Positions 1-9,076 of a stretch of DNA of 64,000 nucleotides are shown one piece after another (position 1 is the stretch's first letter; each line of letters opens with the position of its first letter). A program made the translations under genes and the position numbers. The stretch is from positions 64,001-128,000 of IMG/VR virus record IMGVR_UViG_3300032219_002227. One strand, given 5' to 3'. This stretch comes from a virus (taxonomy: Duplodnaviria; Caudoviricetes). Below the pieces are notes generated by a model. The model ran no database searches. It was given only the letters and a program-made list of their open reading frames with translations, and was not told where the DNA came from.

Positions 1-145
1 GAAAGTAATTTATGTTAAGAAAACAAATGAATGGTTCGCATTTTTATTCAATAATGATAATACTAGAGCAAACGGTATTAATGATAATAAAGTTGAAGTA
101 AAATTGATTGAGCAAATCACAGGTTTTAAATTTAAAGCTAAATAA
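1..145 (+). CDS. 3' end of probable DNA/RNA non-specific endonuclease (partial)
   Basis: Frame 2 reads KVIYVKKTNEWFAFLFNN...VKLIEQITGFKFKAK*, resembling the C-terminus of NucA/EndoG-family nucleases. Confidence 0.5.
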   Translation, partial: KVIYVKKTNEWFAFLFNNDNTRANGINDNKVEVKLIEQITGFKFKAK

Positions 146-184
146 GATTCATATATTTATTGATACATTAATTTAATAAAAAAA

Positions 185-526
185 ATGAAAAAGCAACTTA
201 ACGAAATTAAAAGAATGCAGCAGTTAGCGGGGCTGTTGAAAGAAAATCAAGGAATAGTATATAGTAAAAATGATTTACCTGATGCTACTGACCCGGATTT
301 TCATGATGATTTATATTATGCTCTCAATAAATTAAGAATTTATACTAGAGATCAATACATGTCAGATGCTCCAAAAGAAATGGAACTTGGGTCTGAAGAG
401 TGGATGGATTTACTTTCAAATATAACTGGAAAGGATACTTACGGTGATGAACTTGATGATACTGATAATAAAATGGCAATGTTAGTTCAAAAAGCATTAG
501 AAAACATGGGATTTGATGTTTATTAA
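185..526 (+). CDS. Putative head-internal protein with N-terminal NEIKRMQQLAGLLKE tag
   Basis: ORF; motif shared with 43176, 41390 and scaffold C-terminus; TATTTAT upstream at 154-160. Confidence 0.6.
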   Translation: MKKQLNEIKRMQQLAGLLKENQGIVYSKNDLPDATDPDFHDDLYYALNKLRIYTRDQYMSDAPKEMELGSEEWMDLLSNITGKDTYGDELDDTDNKMAMLVQKALENMGFDVY

Positions 527-576
527 AATAAACACTAAATAATAAAATAAAGAGTCTTTGTAAGAAGGCTTCTTTA

Positions 577-600
577 GTCAGGACAGATATTGTATATTTA
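577..600 (+). promoter_or_regulatory. Early-type promoter GTCA-N12-TATATTTA (first of >20 copies)
   Basis: Same two boxes with 12-nt (sometimes 11-nt) spacer recur before most genes from 0.6 to 11.8 kb and at ~29530, 42357, 44509, 45106, 46786, 48721. Confidence 0.8.
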
Positions 601-619
601 ATTTAAATAAATAAAAAAT

Positions 620-805
620 ATGGCTATCCAAACAAAAGATGATGCTCAGAGCAAAGCAGACCGTAGAGTAGACAATTCATTTTTTAGAAAACCAAAACAA
701 AAACCACTTATTGAACGTGAATTTAGTGAGTTATATACTTTGGCTGAGCAATTTGAATGGATTAAATTAAAGAAACAACAAAAAGAAAGACAACAACTTA
801 AATAA
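620..805 (+). CDS. Hypothetical early protein
   Basis: ORF directly after promoter and A-rich leader. Confidence 0.65.
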   Translation: MAIQTKDDAQSKADRRVDNSFFRKPKQKPLIEREFSELYTLAEQFEWIKLKKQQKERQQLK

Positions 806-806
806 T

Positions 807-1001
807 ATGACTACAAACGCCGAAATGTATCTTAAATGTATGAGAATTGAAGCGTTAGTTGCTTCAATGGTATTAGCAGGTATCACTGATAATCGTAAAT
901 TAGTAGCAGTAGTTGATGAACATTTCCATCCAACAACAGAATGGGAACAAGAAATGTTTAGTGAAGCTATTATTTATACTAAGCAGGGTATCTTGAATTA
1001 G
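807..1001 (+). CDS. Hypothetical early protein
   Basis: ORF coupled to previous gene. Confidence 0.65.
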   Translation: MTTNAEMYLKCMRIEALVASMVLAGITDNRKLVAVVDEHFHPTTEWEQEMFSEAIIYTKQGILN

Positions 1002-1056
1002 GAAGGCAAAGTAAAGTATTTATATTTAATTATTAAATAATTAAAAAATAAAGGTT

Positions 1057-1830
1057 ATGCAAACAAATTCAATGATGACTAATGCAAGTTACACATTAGA
1101 TCAAATCAAAACAATGGCTCCATCAGTATTTACAACTGAAAAAGCACCTCACCTTACAGACAAGTATATCCAAACTCCAACGTCACGCGTTGTAGAAGAT
1201 TTAATGAGTTTAGGTTGGGAAGTAACTAAAGTACAAGAAGTTAAAGCTCGCAAAGGCAAAGGATTCCAAAAACATATGATCGTATTTCGCAACCCAGAAA
1301 TTATGATTAAGGGTAAAGACGGAGATGATTCATTTCCACAAATTCTACTCACTAATTCGCATGATGGTAAAGCAGCGTTTAATTTTAGGGTAGGTATTTT
1401 TAGATTAGTATGTAGTAATGGTTTGGTTATTAGTGATGCAGATTTCAATAATGTATCAATCAGACATATCAATTACACATTTGAATCACTGCAAGCTAAA
1501 GTAGCAGAAATGATTGCTAAATTACCTAACCTAGTTCAGAAAATTAATTTATTTAAATCAACTGAACTAACTGAAGCTCAAATGGCTGATTTTGCTCAGA
1601 AAGCGATGCAATTGAGAACTAAGGAGCGAGTTAATATTATGGATGTACTTACTGCTGATCGTCCTCAAGATGCAGGTAATGATTTATGGGTTGTATTTAA
1701 TAGAGTACAAGAAAAATTGACTGGTGGTTCATATAGAGCTGGTAAACGTAAAGCACGTTCAATTAAGAATTTTGATAAAGATATTAAATTAAATGAACAA
1801 TTGTTTGAATTAGCTGAAGCATACCTTTAA
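1057..1830 (+). CDS. DUF932/DUF945-family phage protein
   Basis: Motifs LLTNSHDGKAAF, GIFRLVCSNGL, IRH, DLWVVFNRVQE. Confidence 0.85.
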   Translation: MQTNSMMTNASYTLDQIKTMAPSVFTTEKAPHLTDKYIQTPTSRVVEDLMSLGWEVTKVQEVKARKGKGFQKHMIVFRNPEIMIKGKDGDDSFPQILLTNSHDGKAAFNFRVGIFRLVCSNGLVISDADFNNVSIRHINYTFESLQAKVAEMIAKLPNLVQKINLFKSTELTEAQMADFAQKAMQLRTKERVNIMDVLTADRPQDAGNDLWVVFNRVQEKLTGGSYRAGKRKARSIKNFDKDIKLNEQLFELAEAYL

Positions 1831-1908
1831 TTTAAAGTAAGGTTAGGGGTATCAAAGCCCCTACCTTATATTTATTTAAATTAATATTTATGATAAAAAA
1901 GAAAACAA

Positions 1909-2106
1909 ATGGAAATCAAAGACATTCTAAGTGAACTAATCACAGCATCAACAAGTGTATTTAATGAAAAAGGTCAACCTGAAAACTTTGATCTAGAAGA
2001 CCTTATCTCAGCATTAGAAAGCTATTATGAAGAATTAGATGAGATCGGTGAATTTTATTTTGCTGATGATGAGGAAAGATATGATTTTGATGAATATGAA
2101 GATTAA
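1909..2106 (+). CDS. Small acidic hypothetical protein
   Basis: ORF after stem-loop promoter; D/E-rich. Confidence 0.65.
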   Translation: MEIKDILSELITASTSVFNEKGQPENFDLEDLISALESYYEELDEIGEFYFADDEERYDFDEYED

Positions 2107-2119
2107 TTAAATCAAAATT

Positions 2120-2398
2120 ATGAATAATAGAAATCAACATCGTTTGCTTAATGAAGACCAAATTCAAAGTATTACAGAACAATTTACTCAGGATTTAGCT
2201 AAATATCTCGATGAATCAGCTGATACTTTAGTTGATCATTATTTAAGAGATGATGCTGAAGGATTATTTGAAATTGTAAGTCAATGGATTGAAATAGCTG
2301 AAGATAAAGTTATTAAAGAATTAAATACCCAAATTAGTGAAGATCAATTTAATGGTCAAAATGAAGATGATATATTTTATCCAAGTTATGAATTATGA
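2120..2398 (+). CDS. Small acidic hypothetical protein
   Basis: ORF. Confidence 0.65.
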   Translation: MNNRNQHRLLNEDQIQSITEQFTQDLAKYLDESADTLVDHYLRDDAEGLFEIVSQWIEIAEDKVIKELNTQISEDQFNGQNEDDIFYPSYEL

Positions 2399-2937
2399 AT
2401 ACATTAGTAATACACCCCGATGATCGCTCAACTGACTTTTTAAAACCTATCTATAAAAATATTACAGCAACTGTAATAACAGGAGGTATTAGTAAAAGTG
2501 ATGTTTTAAAAATGATTTATGAACATGATCGTACTATAATGATGGGTCATGGATCTCCTTGGGGTCTATTTAGTTTAGGTAAATTTTTGGACAGTGGTAG
2601 TTATATAATTGATAACGATATGGTTCATATTTTACTTCAAAAGAAAGAAAATATATTCATTTGGTGTAATGCTGATCAATTTGTTAAACGCCATCAATTA
2701 AAAGGATTTTATAGTGGTATGTTTATTAGTGAGACAAGTGAAGCTAATTACTGTGGATTACCTGGTACTCCACAAAAAGTAGTAACTGAATCAAATGATT
2801 CATTTGCCCAATTGTTAGGTGAAGTGGCTAATTTGTCTGTTAGAGACGCTTATAAGCATGTTTCATCTAAATATAAAATATTAGCTGAAAGTAATTCTGT
2901 GGCAAATTATAATTCACAACGCTTATACTTAAATTAA
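2395..2937 (+). CDS. Hypothetical protein (GHG...IWC motifs)
   Basis: ORF with ATGA overlap; MMGHGSPWG and FIWCNAD could be a His/Cys peptidase-like pair (speculative). Confidence 0.7.
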   Translation: MNTLVIHPDDRSTDFLKPIYKNITATVITGGISKSDVLKMIYEHDRTIMMGHGSPWGLFSLGKFLDSGSYIIDNDMVHILLQKKENIFIWCNADQFVKRHQLKGFYSGMFISETSEANYCGLPGTPQKVVTESNDSFAQLLGEVANLSVRDAYKHVSSKYKILAESNSVANYNSQRLYLN

Positions 2938-3057
2938 TATGCTAAATAAACATAACATTAATAACGGAGATGATTACGCTGATTTGTTGATTAAAGATAT
3001 AGGTTGGCAAAGTAAAGGCTATATATTCAATGTAAATAAAAATTAAAAATAAAGGTT

Positions 3058-3414
3058 ATGAAAAAAATTACAATTGAGCAAGCTAGGGAAACTATTGAGA
3101 ATTCATTTAGTACTATCTATTCCAAGGATGATGTGTTAGCAATTTTGAGTCATATCAAGGTTGAATCTGAACCACTTGAATCAATTATTAATATTACATC
3201 TGAGCAGTATAGTGATTTAGCAAGTAATATTGCTCGCAATGTTACTAAGGCAATTGAGGATATGGAATGTATTAATGGCTGGGATTTAACTATGAATTAT
3301 AACGAAGTATCAGTGGATCAAATTGAAGTTAATGAAGTTGAGATTGAAGAAATTGTTGAGGATACAATTAATAAATGGGTAATTGATATAAAGGAAGATG
3401 ATTGTGGTTGTTAA
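3058..3414 (+). CDS. Acidic hypothetical protein, paralog of 11033..11329
   Basis: WDLTMNYNEVSV vs YDLEMNYREVEL. Confidence 0.7.
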   Translation: MKKITIEQARETIENSFSTIYSKDDVLAILSHIKVESEPLESIINITSEQYSDLASNIARNVTKAIEDMECINGWDLTMNYNEVSVDQIEVNEVEIEEIVEDTINKWVIDIKEDDCGC

Positions 3415-3471
3415 TTAGCTTGGGTAGGCAGCGTAAGCTGCCTACTTTTATTTTAAATAAAAAATTAAAGT

Positions 3472-3708
3472 ATGAGGTATACAGAACAAGACAACAACCA
3501 CTTAGCAAACACAGCGTTCATTATTGGTTACTATGAATCTATGCTCAAAGTAACATTGAAGGAAATTCAAGAAGGTAATACAGATTTTGTTAATATTAGT
3601 ATTCCAAGACTAATTGAGAAAACACTTAAGACTTGTGGTGCTGTTTGGGAACAACGATACGATAAACATTGGAATGATACACTTAAAGAGTTTAAGGAAG
3701 CAGAGTAA
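3472..3708 (+). CDS. Hypothetical early protein
   Basis: ORF after stem-loop promoter 3424-3450. Confidence 0.65.
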   Translation: MRYTEQDNNHLANTAFIIGYYESMLKVTLKEIQEGNTDFVNISIPRLIEKTLKTCGAVWEQRYDKHWNDTLKEFKEAE

Positions 3709-3739
3709 ATATTGTATCTTTATTTCAAATAAAAAGGTT

Positions 3740-4135
3740 ATGAAAAGAATGTATAAAGTTAGATTCAATCTTGGTAAAGGAAAGAACTACATGAAGTGGA
3801 AGGTAGAGGGTCCGGATGGAATTGGTCGACACACAATTAGTTACTACAATCCAGATGAAGTTGAAATTGTAATGCATGAATGTCAACTAAAGAATCAAAA
3901 GAAAACAGCAGAGAAAATATTAGCAGGAGCACACAAAACTGTTTGTGCTTGGATTAAATGTACAGCAGTTGATATACAACAACCTAATACTACACCTTGT
4001 GATGATTTTATTCATCTAAATTACAATCCTAGAGTATTACCTCATTGGTTTATCGATAATGGGGAAAATGCAGATGGAATGGTTATGGAACAAATTGTTT
4101 CAGTGGGTAGAAAATTAGCTGGGAAGTCAAAGTAA
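3740..4135 (+). CDS. Hypothetical protein (start moved to ATG 3740)
   Basis: AAAAAGGTTATG leader as in neighbouring genes. Confidence 0.7.
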   Translation: MKRMYKVRFNLGKGKNYMKWKVEGPDGIGRHTISYYNPDEVEIVMHECQLKNQKKTAEKILAGAHKTVCAWIKCTAVDIQQPNTTPCDDFIHLNYNPRVLPHWFIDNGENADGMVMEQIVSVGRKLAGKSK

Positions 4136-4169
4136 TTATTATACATTTATTCAAATAAAAATTAAACAT

Positions 4170-4412
4170 ATGGCTAATATGAGTTATTGCAGATTCGAAA
4201 ATACACTTAGAGACCTCAGGGATTGTTACAGCAACATGGATAATGATGATTTGAGTAAATCAGAGTTTTACGCACGTAAACAAATGATTGAGTTGTGTTG
4301 GGATATTTATCAAGAATATTGTAATAATATTGATGATGAGTTTGAAGATGAAGATGAATTTGATGAGGATCACCATAGCAGTATTATGTATGGAGTAGAT
4401 AACAATCAATAA
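4170..4412 (+). CDS. Conserved phage hypothetical (MSYCRFENT motif), acidic tail
   Basis: MANMSYCRFENTLRDLRDC N-terminus recognised from other large phages. Confidence 0.7.
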   Translation: MANMSYCRFENTLRDLRDCYSNMDNDDLSKSEFYARKQMIELCWDIYQEYCNNIDDEFEDEDEFDEDHHSSIMYGVDNNQ

Positions 4413-4430
4413 AATTAAAAAATAAAGGTT

Positions 4431-4715
4431 ATGCAAGACATTAATTATCCAGTTGGGTTCACTATTTTCAAGTTAGAGGAAGATAAAGAAGAGTACACTA
4501 TTACAGGTAATCTAGCTAAGGAATATCGATTTAGAGATTTTGATGGTGCTTATGATCTTGAGGAGTATATTCAAAAGCATATAGACTGTTCAGGTATTGA
4601 CTTTGATTCAGAGTATTGTCAGTTTTTTGCTTACACTAAAACTGTAGAACGAGCAGAACAATTTGTTGAGGATACAACTGCTTGGTTTAAAAAAGTAAAG
4701 GAATTAGTAGATTAA
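4431..4715 (+). CDS. Hypothetical early protein
   Basis: ORF with AAAAATAAAGGTTATG leader. Confidence 0.65.
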   Translation: MQDINYPVGFTIFKLEEDKEEYTITGNLAKEYRFRDFDGAYDLEEYIQKHIDCSGIDFDSEYCQFFAYTKTVERAEQFVEDTTAWFKKVKELVD

Positions 4716-4758
4716 GGTGGCAAAGTAGTAATCATACATTTATATAAATTAAAATGTT

Positions 4759-4890
4759 ATGAAAAATATTGAATTGAAAATCAAACGCAAAGAAATGGTT
4801 GCCGCTGGTGCTTATGATGGACGTTATAAGCAACGTGTGGTGACAGATAAGAAGAAACAAGCTAATAAGATGTGGGCTAGGGCAAAGTAG
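4759..4890 (+). CDS. 43-aa basic protein (not in ORF track)
   Basis: MKNIELKIKRKEMVAAGAYDGRYKQRVVTDKKKQANKMWARAK between two promoter copies. Confidence 0.65.
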   Translation: MKNIELKIKRKEMVAAGAYDGRYKQRVVTDKKKQANKMWARAK

Positions 4891-4925
4891 GGATAATATA
4901 TTTAATTAAATAAAAAATTAAATTT

Positions 4926-5141
4926 ATGAATTGGATTGAATTACGTCCTATCTTACGTGAACGATTTGGTCCACACCGTTTTTATTTTTACAACGACATT
5001 TACAAAACAGGAAATCGTCGTGTTAAAATAAGTTGTTATTCCATTAGACGAGAAATGTATAATTTTATTAAGAGTTTAGATGTGAATATTAATGTTAAAT
5101 TTTATAAAGATTATTACATAACTATACATTATGAAAAATAA
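4926..5141 (+). CDS. Hypothetical early protein
   Basis: ORF after promoter. Confidence 0.6.
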   Translation: MNWIELRPILRERFGPHRFYFYNDIYKTGNRRVKISCYSIRREMYNFIKSLDVNINVKFYKDYYITIHYEK

Positions 5142-5262
5142 AATAAACCTCCATAAAATGGAGGAATTGGGCTTCTTTATAGTAATGGCTGTAGTGTCAA
5201 TTATTATTGGAATGACTATTTTGGTTGGTGTAATTAAATTAGTAGATTTATTGAATAAATAA
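5131..5262 (+). CDS. 43-aa single-TM peptide (not in ORF track)
   Basis: ...LGFFIVMAVVSIIIGMTILVGVIKLV... fills the gap between genes. Confidence 0.5.
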   Translation: MKNKINLHKMEELGFFIVMAVVSIIIGMTILVGVIKLVDLLNK

Positions 5263-5268
5263 ATAAGT

Positions 5269-5478
5269 ATGACAGCACAAGAAAAAGCAATTAAGTTAGT
5301 CTCAATGAACGAGTTAATAGTGTTAGCAGAAACAGGACATAAGCTAACATTTGATGAACGTAAAGGTATTGCTAAACGACAAGCAATTGAAACTTGTAAT
5401 GAAGTATTAGGGTTTATGGGTGCGGATCGTGGTTATTCATTTTGGGTTGAAATTAAACAAGAAATTGAAAAACTATGA
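5269..5478 (+). CDS. Hypothetical protein
   Basis: ORF; MTAQEKA...FWVEIKQEIEKL resembles small Bacteroidota-phage proteins. Confidence 0.65.
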   Translation: MTAQEKAIKLVSMNELIVLAETGHKLTFDERKGIAKRQAIETCNEVLGFMGADRGYSFWVEIKQEIEKL

Positions 5479-5807
5479 GTGGAGGAAGATTTAATTATGA
5501 TCAACGAAGGATAGGATATATAGCCGAAGCTATTATTGATGAGATAAATAAGAGTGGTAGGAAAAAAACTAGACAGGAACTTAAAGATGAGCGTTGGCAT
5601 GATGATGATTGGTATAAGAAGTATCCTGAAGACCTTTACCACTACAAATATCCAGATGAAGTAATTGCTAAGTTTAAGGATGCTGTTAATATATTAAACA
5701 TAGCAGAAGTGTATGCTCAAAGGGTAGATTGGTTACTATCAGGGGATGATGGTGAAGAATCATTCCTTAAACGATTAGATGAAGATTTAGAAAAACTAAA
5801 TAAATAA
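5475..5807 (+). CDS. Conserved phage hypothetical (MSGG..NY...DWLLSGDDGEE)
   Basis: ORF with recognisable motifs, ATGA overlap. Confidence 0.7.
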   Translation: MSGGRFNYDQRRIGYIAEAIIDEINKSGRKKTRQELKDERWHDDDWYKKYPEDLYHYKYPDEVIAKFKDAVNILNIAEVYAQRVDWLLSGDDGEESFLKRLDEDLEKLNK

Positions 5808-5810
5808 ACA

Positions 5811-5999
5811 ATGACAGCAAAAGAAATAGAAAAATTAGCCGAAACACAATGGGAAGGATGTCATCATTGTGATGAGAATGATAAATACTTTTGGATTAAG
5901 GGATATGTAGTGGGTTATTTACATGCTAGAGTAGATAGTATAGAAAAACAGATGGAAGCAAGTCGTGCTAAGATAGCAGAAATGTTAATTAATAATTAA
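5811..5999 (+). CDS. Hypothetical protein
   Basis: ORF. Confidence 0.6.
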   Translation: MTAKEIEKLAETQWEGCHHCDENDKYFWIKGYVVGYLHARVDSIEKQMEASRAKIAEMLINN

Positions 6000-6004
6000 A
6001 TAAT

Positions 6005-6205
6005 ATGGATGTAGCAGCTGGAGATACAATAAAAACACAGGTGGGTGGGCCATATAAGGTTATTAGCGTTAAGGATAATTTAGTAACGTTTAAAATGAAA
6101 AACGGTATTGGAATGACCATAACACAACACGTTACTGAGTTAATTAAGAATGTAGAATTACATTGTGAATATAGTGGATTACCATCAGTTAAAGCGTATG
6201 AATAA
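6005..6205 (+). CDS. Hypothetical protein
   Basis: ORF. Confidence 0.6.
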   Translation: MDVAAGDTIKTQVGGPYKVISVKDNLVTFKMKNGIGMTITQHVTELIKNVELHCEYSGLPSVKAYE

Positions 6206-6274
6206 TAAATTTAATATATACAAGTTAGAGAAATTAGGTAAACGATAAATCCAGTAAATAATAATACGCGTGAT

Positions 6275-6433
6275 ATGAATGCAAGTAATGTAGTTATGTT
6301 GTTAGGTTGGTTTTTTTTAGCAGTAAGTTTTGTGTGGCCGAGGGTTAAATGGGGAGGGATCGTAGTAAAAATCGCGTTTTCTGCGCTGAGTACCGGGTTT
6401 TTTTTAGCAAACATGATATATACTTTTGTATAG
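6275..6433 (+). CDS. 52-aa two-TM membrane peptide (not in ORF track)
   Basis: MNASNVVMLLGWFFLAVSFVWPRVKWGGIVVKIAFSALSTGFFLANMIYTFV. Confidence 0.5.
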   Translation: MNASNVVMLLGWFFLAVSFVWPRVKWGGIVVKIAFSALSTGFFLANMIYTFV

Positions 6434-6761
6434 TAAGGGTGGAAAACAAGTGTAATGTGGGGATATGTGGGTTTTGTGCAAAGTAATTTTTTAGTCAAAT
6501 GGTGTGATAGTATGTGGAATGATGTTAATGTATGTAGTTAATGACTGTGGTGATAAGGGACTTCATGTTGCATGCCAAGCCAAACTTTTTTTTCCAAAAT
6601 AGTATATATTTTTTTATGCGCCAACTAATCAATTTTGTTTGGGATTTGTGTAAGTTGATTTTTGCTATTTTTTGTTTAAATTTTTTACTCAAGCTTTTTT
6701 TTCACATAAGTTTTTTTTAGGCAAAATTTTTTCCTAAATTTAATTTATAAATTAATTAAGT

Positions 6762-6839
6762 ATGATGTACATTATTATTTTTATTATGCTGTGGGCCATT
6801 AATGAGAATATCATCAGGGCACACAACACGAAAAAGTAA
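6762..6839 (+). CDS. 25-aa hydrophobic micropeptide (not in ORF track)
   Basis: MMYIIIFIMLWAINENIIRAHNTKK, directly after its own promoter at ~6720-6742. Confidence 0.4.
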   Translation: MMYIIIFIMLWAINENIIRAHNTKK

Positions 6840-6888
6840 ATTTTTTCTCGGCGAAATTTTTTCCTAAATTTAGTTTAAATTAAGGGCT

Positions 6889-7458
6889 ATGAAATTAGTA
6901 GAGAAACCATGGCGGTACGGAACGTACCTCGCCTATGAGGAGGTAGAACCAGAATTTTTTCCCACCGAGAAGGGGGTAAGGGTGTTACCTGCTCCTTTTT
7001 ATTATGAGAAGAAATTGTATTTTGAATTAAAGAAAATTTACACCCCGGGGGAGAAAAAAACATTTCCTGATGGGGGATATGAAGTAGTTGATATGAGTGG
7101 GGGTATTCGTTCCTATAACTTGGACCAAGTGATTATTCACCCCAATGTTTTGCAGCATAAGAAAATGGTTGAGAAGATAACTCGCAAATCAGAAAAGCAA
7201 GCTAAGCAACGTGAACGAACACTCAAAAAGATTGCCCGTGAAAACAAACCCAAACATGGAAGGAAAGGACGTCCAGCGCTTGATCCTGCTGTGAAGGCTC
7301 ACAGAGAAAATATTAAAACAGCAACGCAGGAGCGTTCTGGAGGCAAGCGGGGACGTCCACCTCTAAGTGATGAAGCTAAAGCAGCTAAAGCCGCTAGTGA
7401 TATAGCTCGGAAGACACGTTCAGGAGGAAAGCGAGGTAGACCTAGGGTGGCCAAGTAA
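6889..7458 (+). CDS. Basic protein with three AT-hook-like (K/R)GRP motifs
   Basis: GRKGRP, GKRGRPP, GKRGRPR. Confidence 0.7.
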   Translation: MKLVEKPWRYGTYLAYEEVEPEFFPTEKGVRVLPAPFYYEKKLYFELKKIYTPGEKKTFPDGGYEVVDMSGGIRSYNLDQVIIHPNVLQHKKMVEKITRKSEKQAKQRERTLKKIARENKPKHGRKGRPALDPAVKAHRENIKTATQERSGGKRGRPPLSDEAKAAKAASDIARKTRSGGKRGRPRVAK

Positions 7459-7491
7459 ATATCATATATTTAATTATTAAAATTAAAACGT

Positions 7492-7698
7492 ATGTTAACA
7501 GCTTATCAACGCCAGTTATTTAGTGATTTAGTTAATTTAAATTGGGAAATTGATCACGGTAATTATCCATCAATAGTTACAAATGCACTTGTAGAGCAGT
7601 ATTGGAAGATAAAGGAGGAATTAATGGATGATATGGGTAGGGATGAGTATAATAATTATGTTAATGGAATGAAACAAATGTTTGCCCCGGCTAAATAG
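7492..7698 (+). CDS. Hypothetical early protein
   Basis: ORF after promoter. Confidence 0.65.
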   Translation: MLTAYQRQLFSDLVNLNWEIDHGNYPSIVTNALVEQYWKIKEELMDDMGRDEYNNYVNGMKQMFAPAK

Positions 7699-7723
7699 GG
7701 GCTCTATTATACACGAGTAGAGG

Positions 7724-7756
7724 GGGTATGATCCGTTAGGATCGTGCCCTTTTTTT
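7724..7756 (+). terminator. Intrinsic terminator
   Basis: GGGTATGATCC-GTTA-GGATCGTGCCC followed by T7. Confidence 0.8.
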
Positions 7757-7759
7757 CTA

Positions 7760-7848
7760 GACACGACTTGGGCTTCGGGTGTAGCCTACCTTTGATTTAG
7801 CTCCAGGAACCAATTAGTTCCAGCCCGTCTTAACTATTCTCATAAGTG
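7760..7848 (-). ncRNA. Candidate structured small RNA on the minus strand
   Basis: Reverse-strand promoter copy GTCG-N12-TATATTTA at ~7877-7854; downstream folds as a three-way junction; only a 9-codon ORF. Confidence 0.45.
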
Positions 7849-7944
7849 ACAACTAAATATAATATAATAATCCCGACCACCTAGTCTCTATTTTTTATAA
7901 TGGTCAGAATATGTTTCGTATATTTAATTATAAAATTAAAAATT

Positions 7945-8208
7945 ATGAAAGTAAAAGATTTAGTTAAGTATTTAGGAGAATTTGATCCGGAAACAGAGGT
8001 ATTAGGTATGTGTACTGATCCAACAAACTTCACCTACAAATCACCTATTCAATCAATTGAATTTGATAGTCCATTTGATGATAGTGGTTATAGTAGTGTT
8101 GATGGATCAGAATTAGATTGGGATAAACATTATTATGAAGACGAAGATATGGATGAACCAAAATATATTGGTCCAAAAGTTGTTTTATTAAATTTAGGTG
8201 ATGTGTAA
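7945..8208 (+). CDS. Acidic hypothetical protein (MKVKDL... family; start moved to 7945)
   Basis: Upstream extension is translated promoter; similar N-terminus to 10114. Confidence 0.7.
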   Translation: MKVKDLVKYLGEFDPETEVLGMCTDPTNFTYKSPIQSIEFDSPFDDSGYSSVDGSELDWDKHYYEDEDMDEPKYIGPKVVLLNLGDV

Positions 8209-8266
8209 ACATCACTTTTTTTTTGTCACAATATGTTTTGTATATTTAGTTTATAAAATTAAAATT

Positions 8267-8506
8267 ATGAAAAAGCATTACACATCTAAATTAATTGAAA
8301 TTACAAACACCATTTTTTCCGCCACCGATTTTTTATCAGCTAAACATTTACTGACCGAATTTATCGAAGGTACTCAAGTTAAAAGCAAAAATAAAATGTT
8401 GTTTGATGTTAAAAATTTAAGGACGCTTCATCAGGTGCAGCGTTACACTGCAAATGCGCTTTTAAAATTTGAAGGTTTAGGTACAACAGAAACAAAGGCG
8501 GCGTAA
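8267..8506 (+). CDS. Hypothetical early protein (start moved to 8267)
   Basis: ATG after promoter and AAAATTAAAATT leader. Confidence 0.65.
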   Translation: MKKHYTSKLIEITNTIFSATDFLSAKHLLTEFIEGTQVKSKNKMLFDVKNLRTLHQVQRYTANALLKFEGLGTTETKAA

Positions 8507-8555
8507 TAATTTCGTATATTTAATCATTAATAAAAACACAAATAAAAAAAAGGTT

Positions 8556-8795
8556 ATGAACAACACAGAAACAAAATCAAAAGGTCGTCCAGTAGTAGAA
8601 AATTCAGCTCGTCAAATGCGCCTCGCGGCACGCGCCACAAGGGTAGCCGCCGGGGGTGAAGTTAAAAGGGGCCGTCCATCAAACCCAGAATCAGCTCGCC
8701 AACAACGCCTAGCTGTTAGAGCAAGTGGGGTTACGGTTAAAAGAGGTCGCCCGAAAATGGAAAAGCAAGAAGTAGAAGCTACTGTTGAGGCCTGA
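8556..8795 (+). CDS. Small basic protein with AT-hook-like repeats
   Basis: KGRP...SARQMRLA / KRGRP...SARQQRLA / KRGRPK internal repeats. Confidence 0.75.
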   Translation: MNNTETKSKGRPVVENSARQMRLAARATRVAAGGEVKRGRPSNPESARQQRLAVRASGVTVKRGRPKMEKQEVEATVEA

Positions 8796-8849
8796 AAAAT
8801 AAGGTAGGTGGTCAAAAATGATCACCTACCTTTATTTAAATTAAAATGT

Positions 8850-9032
8850 ATGGAAAAAGTTTATAATTACGTTACTGAATTTTTGTTTGGGGTTAGGGTA
8901 GAAGGTGAACCAATTGATATGTCACTTCCTAAACCACAAGATGTATCACCGAATGTTGATCCATTATTTTTTGAATGGTGTGAGGAATTTAAAGTCGGAT
9001 GTCAGTTTAAAAATAAACCTACCTTTTGGTAG
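8850..9032 (+). CDS. Hypothetical early protein (start moved to 8850)
   Basis: ATG after stem-loop promoter 8801-8834. Confidence 0.6.
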   Translation: MEKVYNYVTEFLFGVRVEGEPIDMSLPKPQDVSPNVDPLFFEWCEEFKVGCQFKNKPTFW

Positions 9033-9076
9033 GCTAAATTATTTTTTTATATTTAATTAATTAAAAAATTAAAAAT

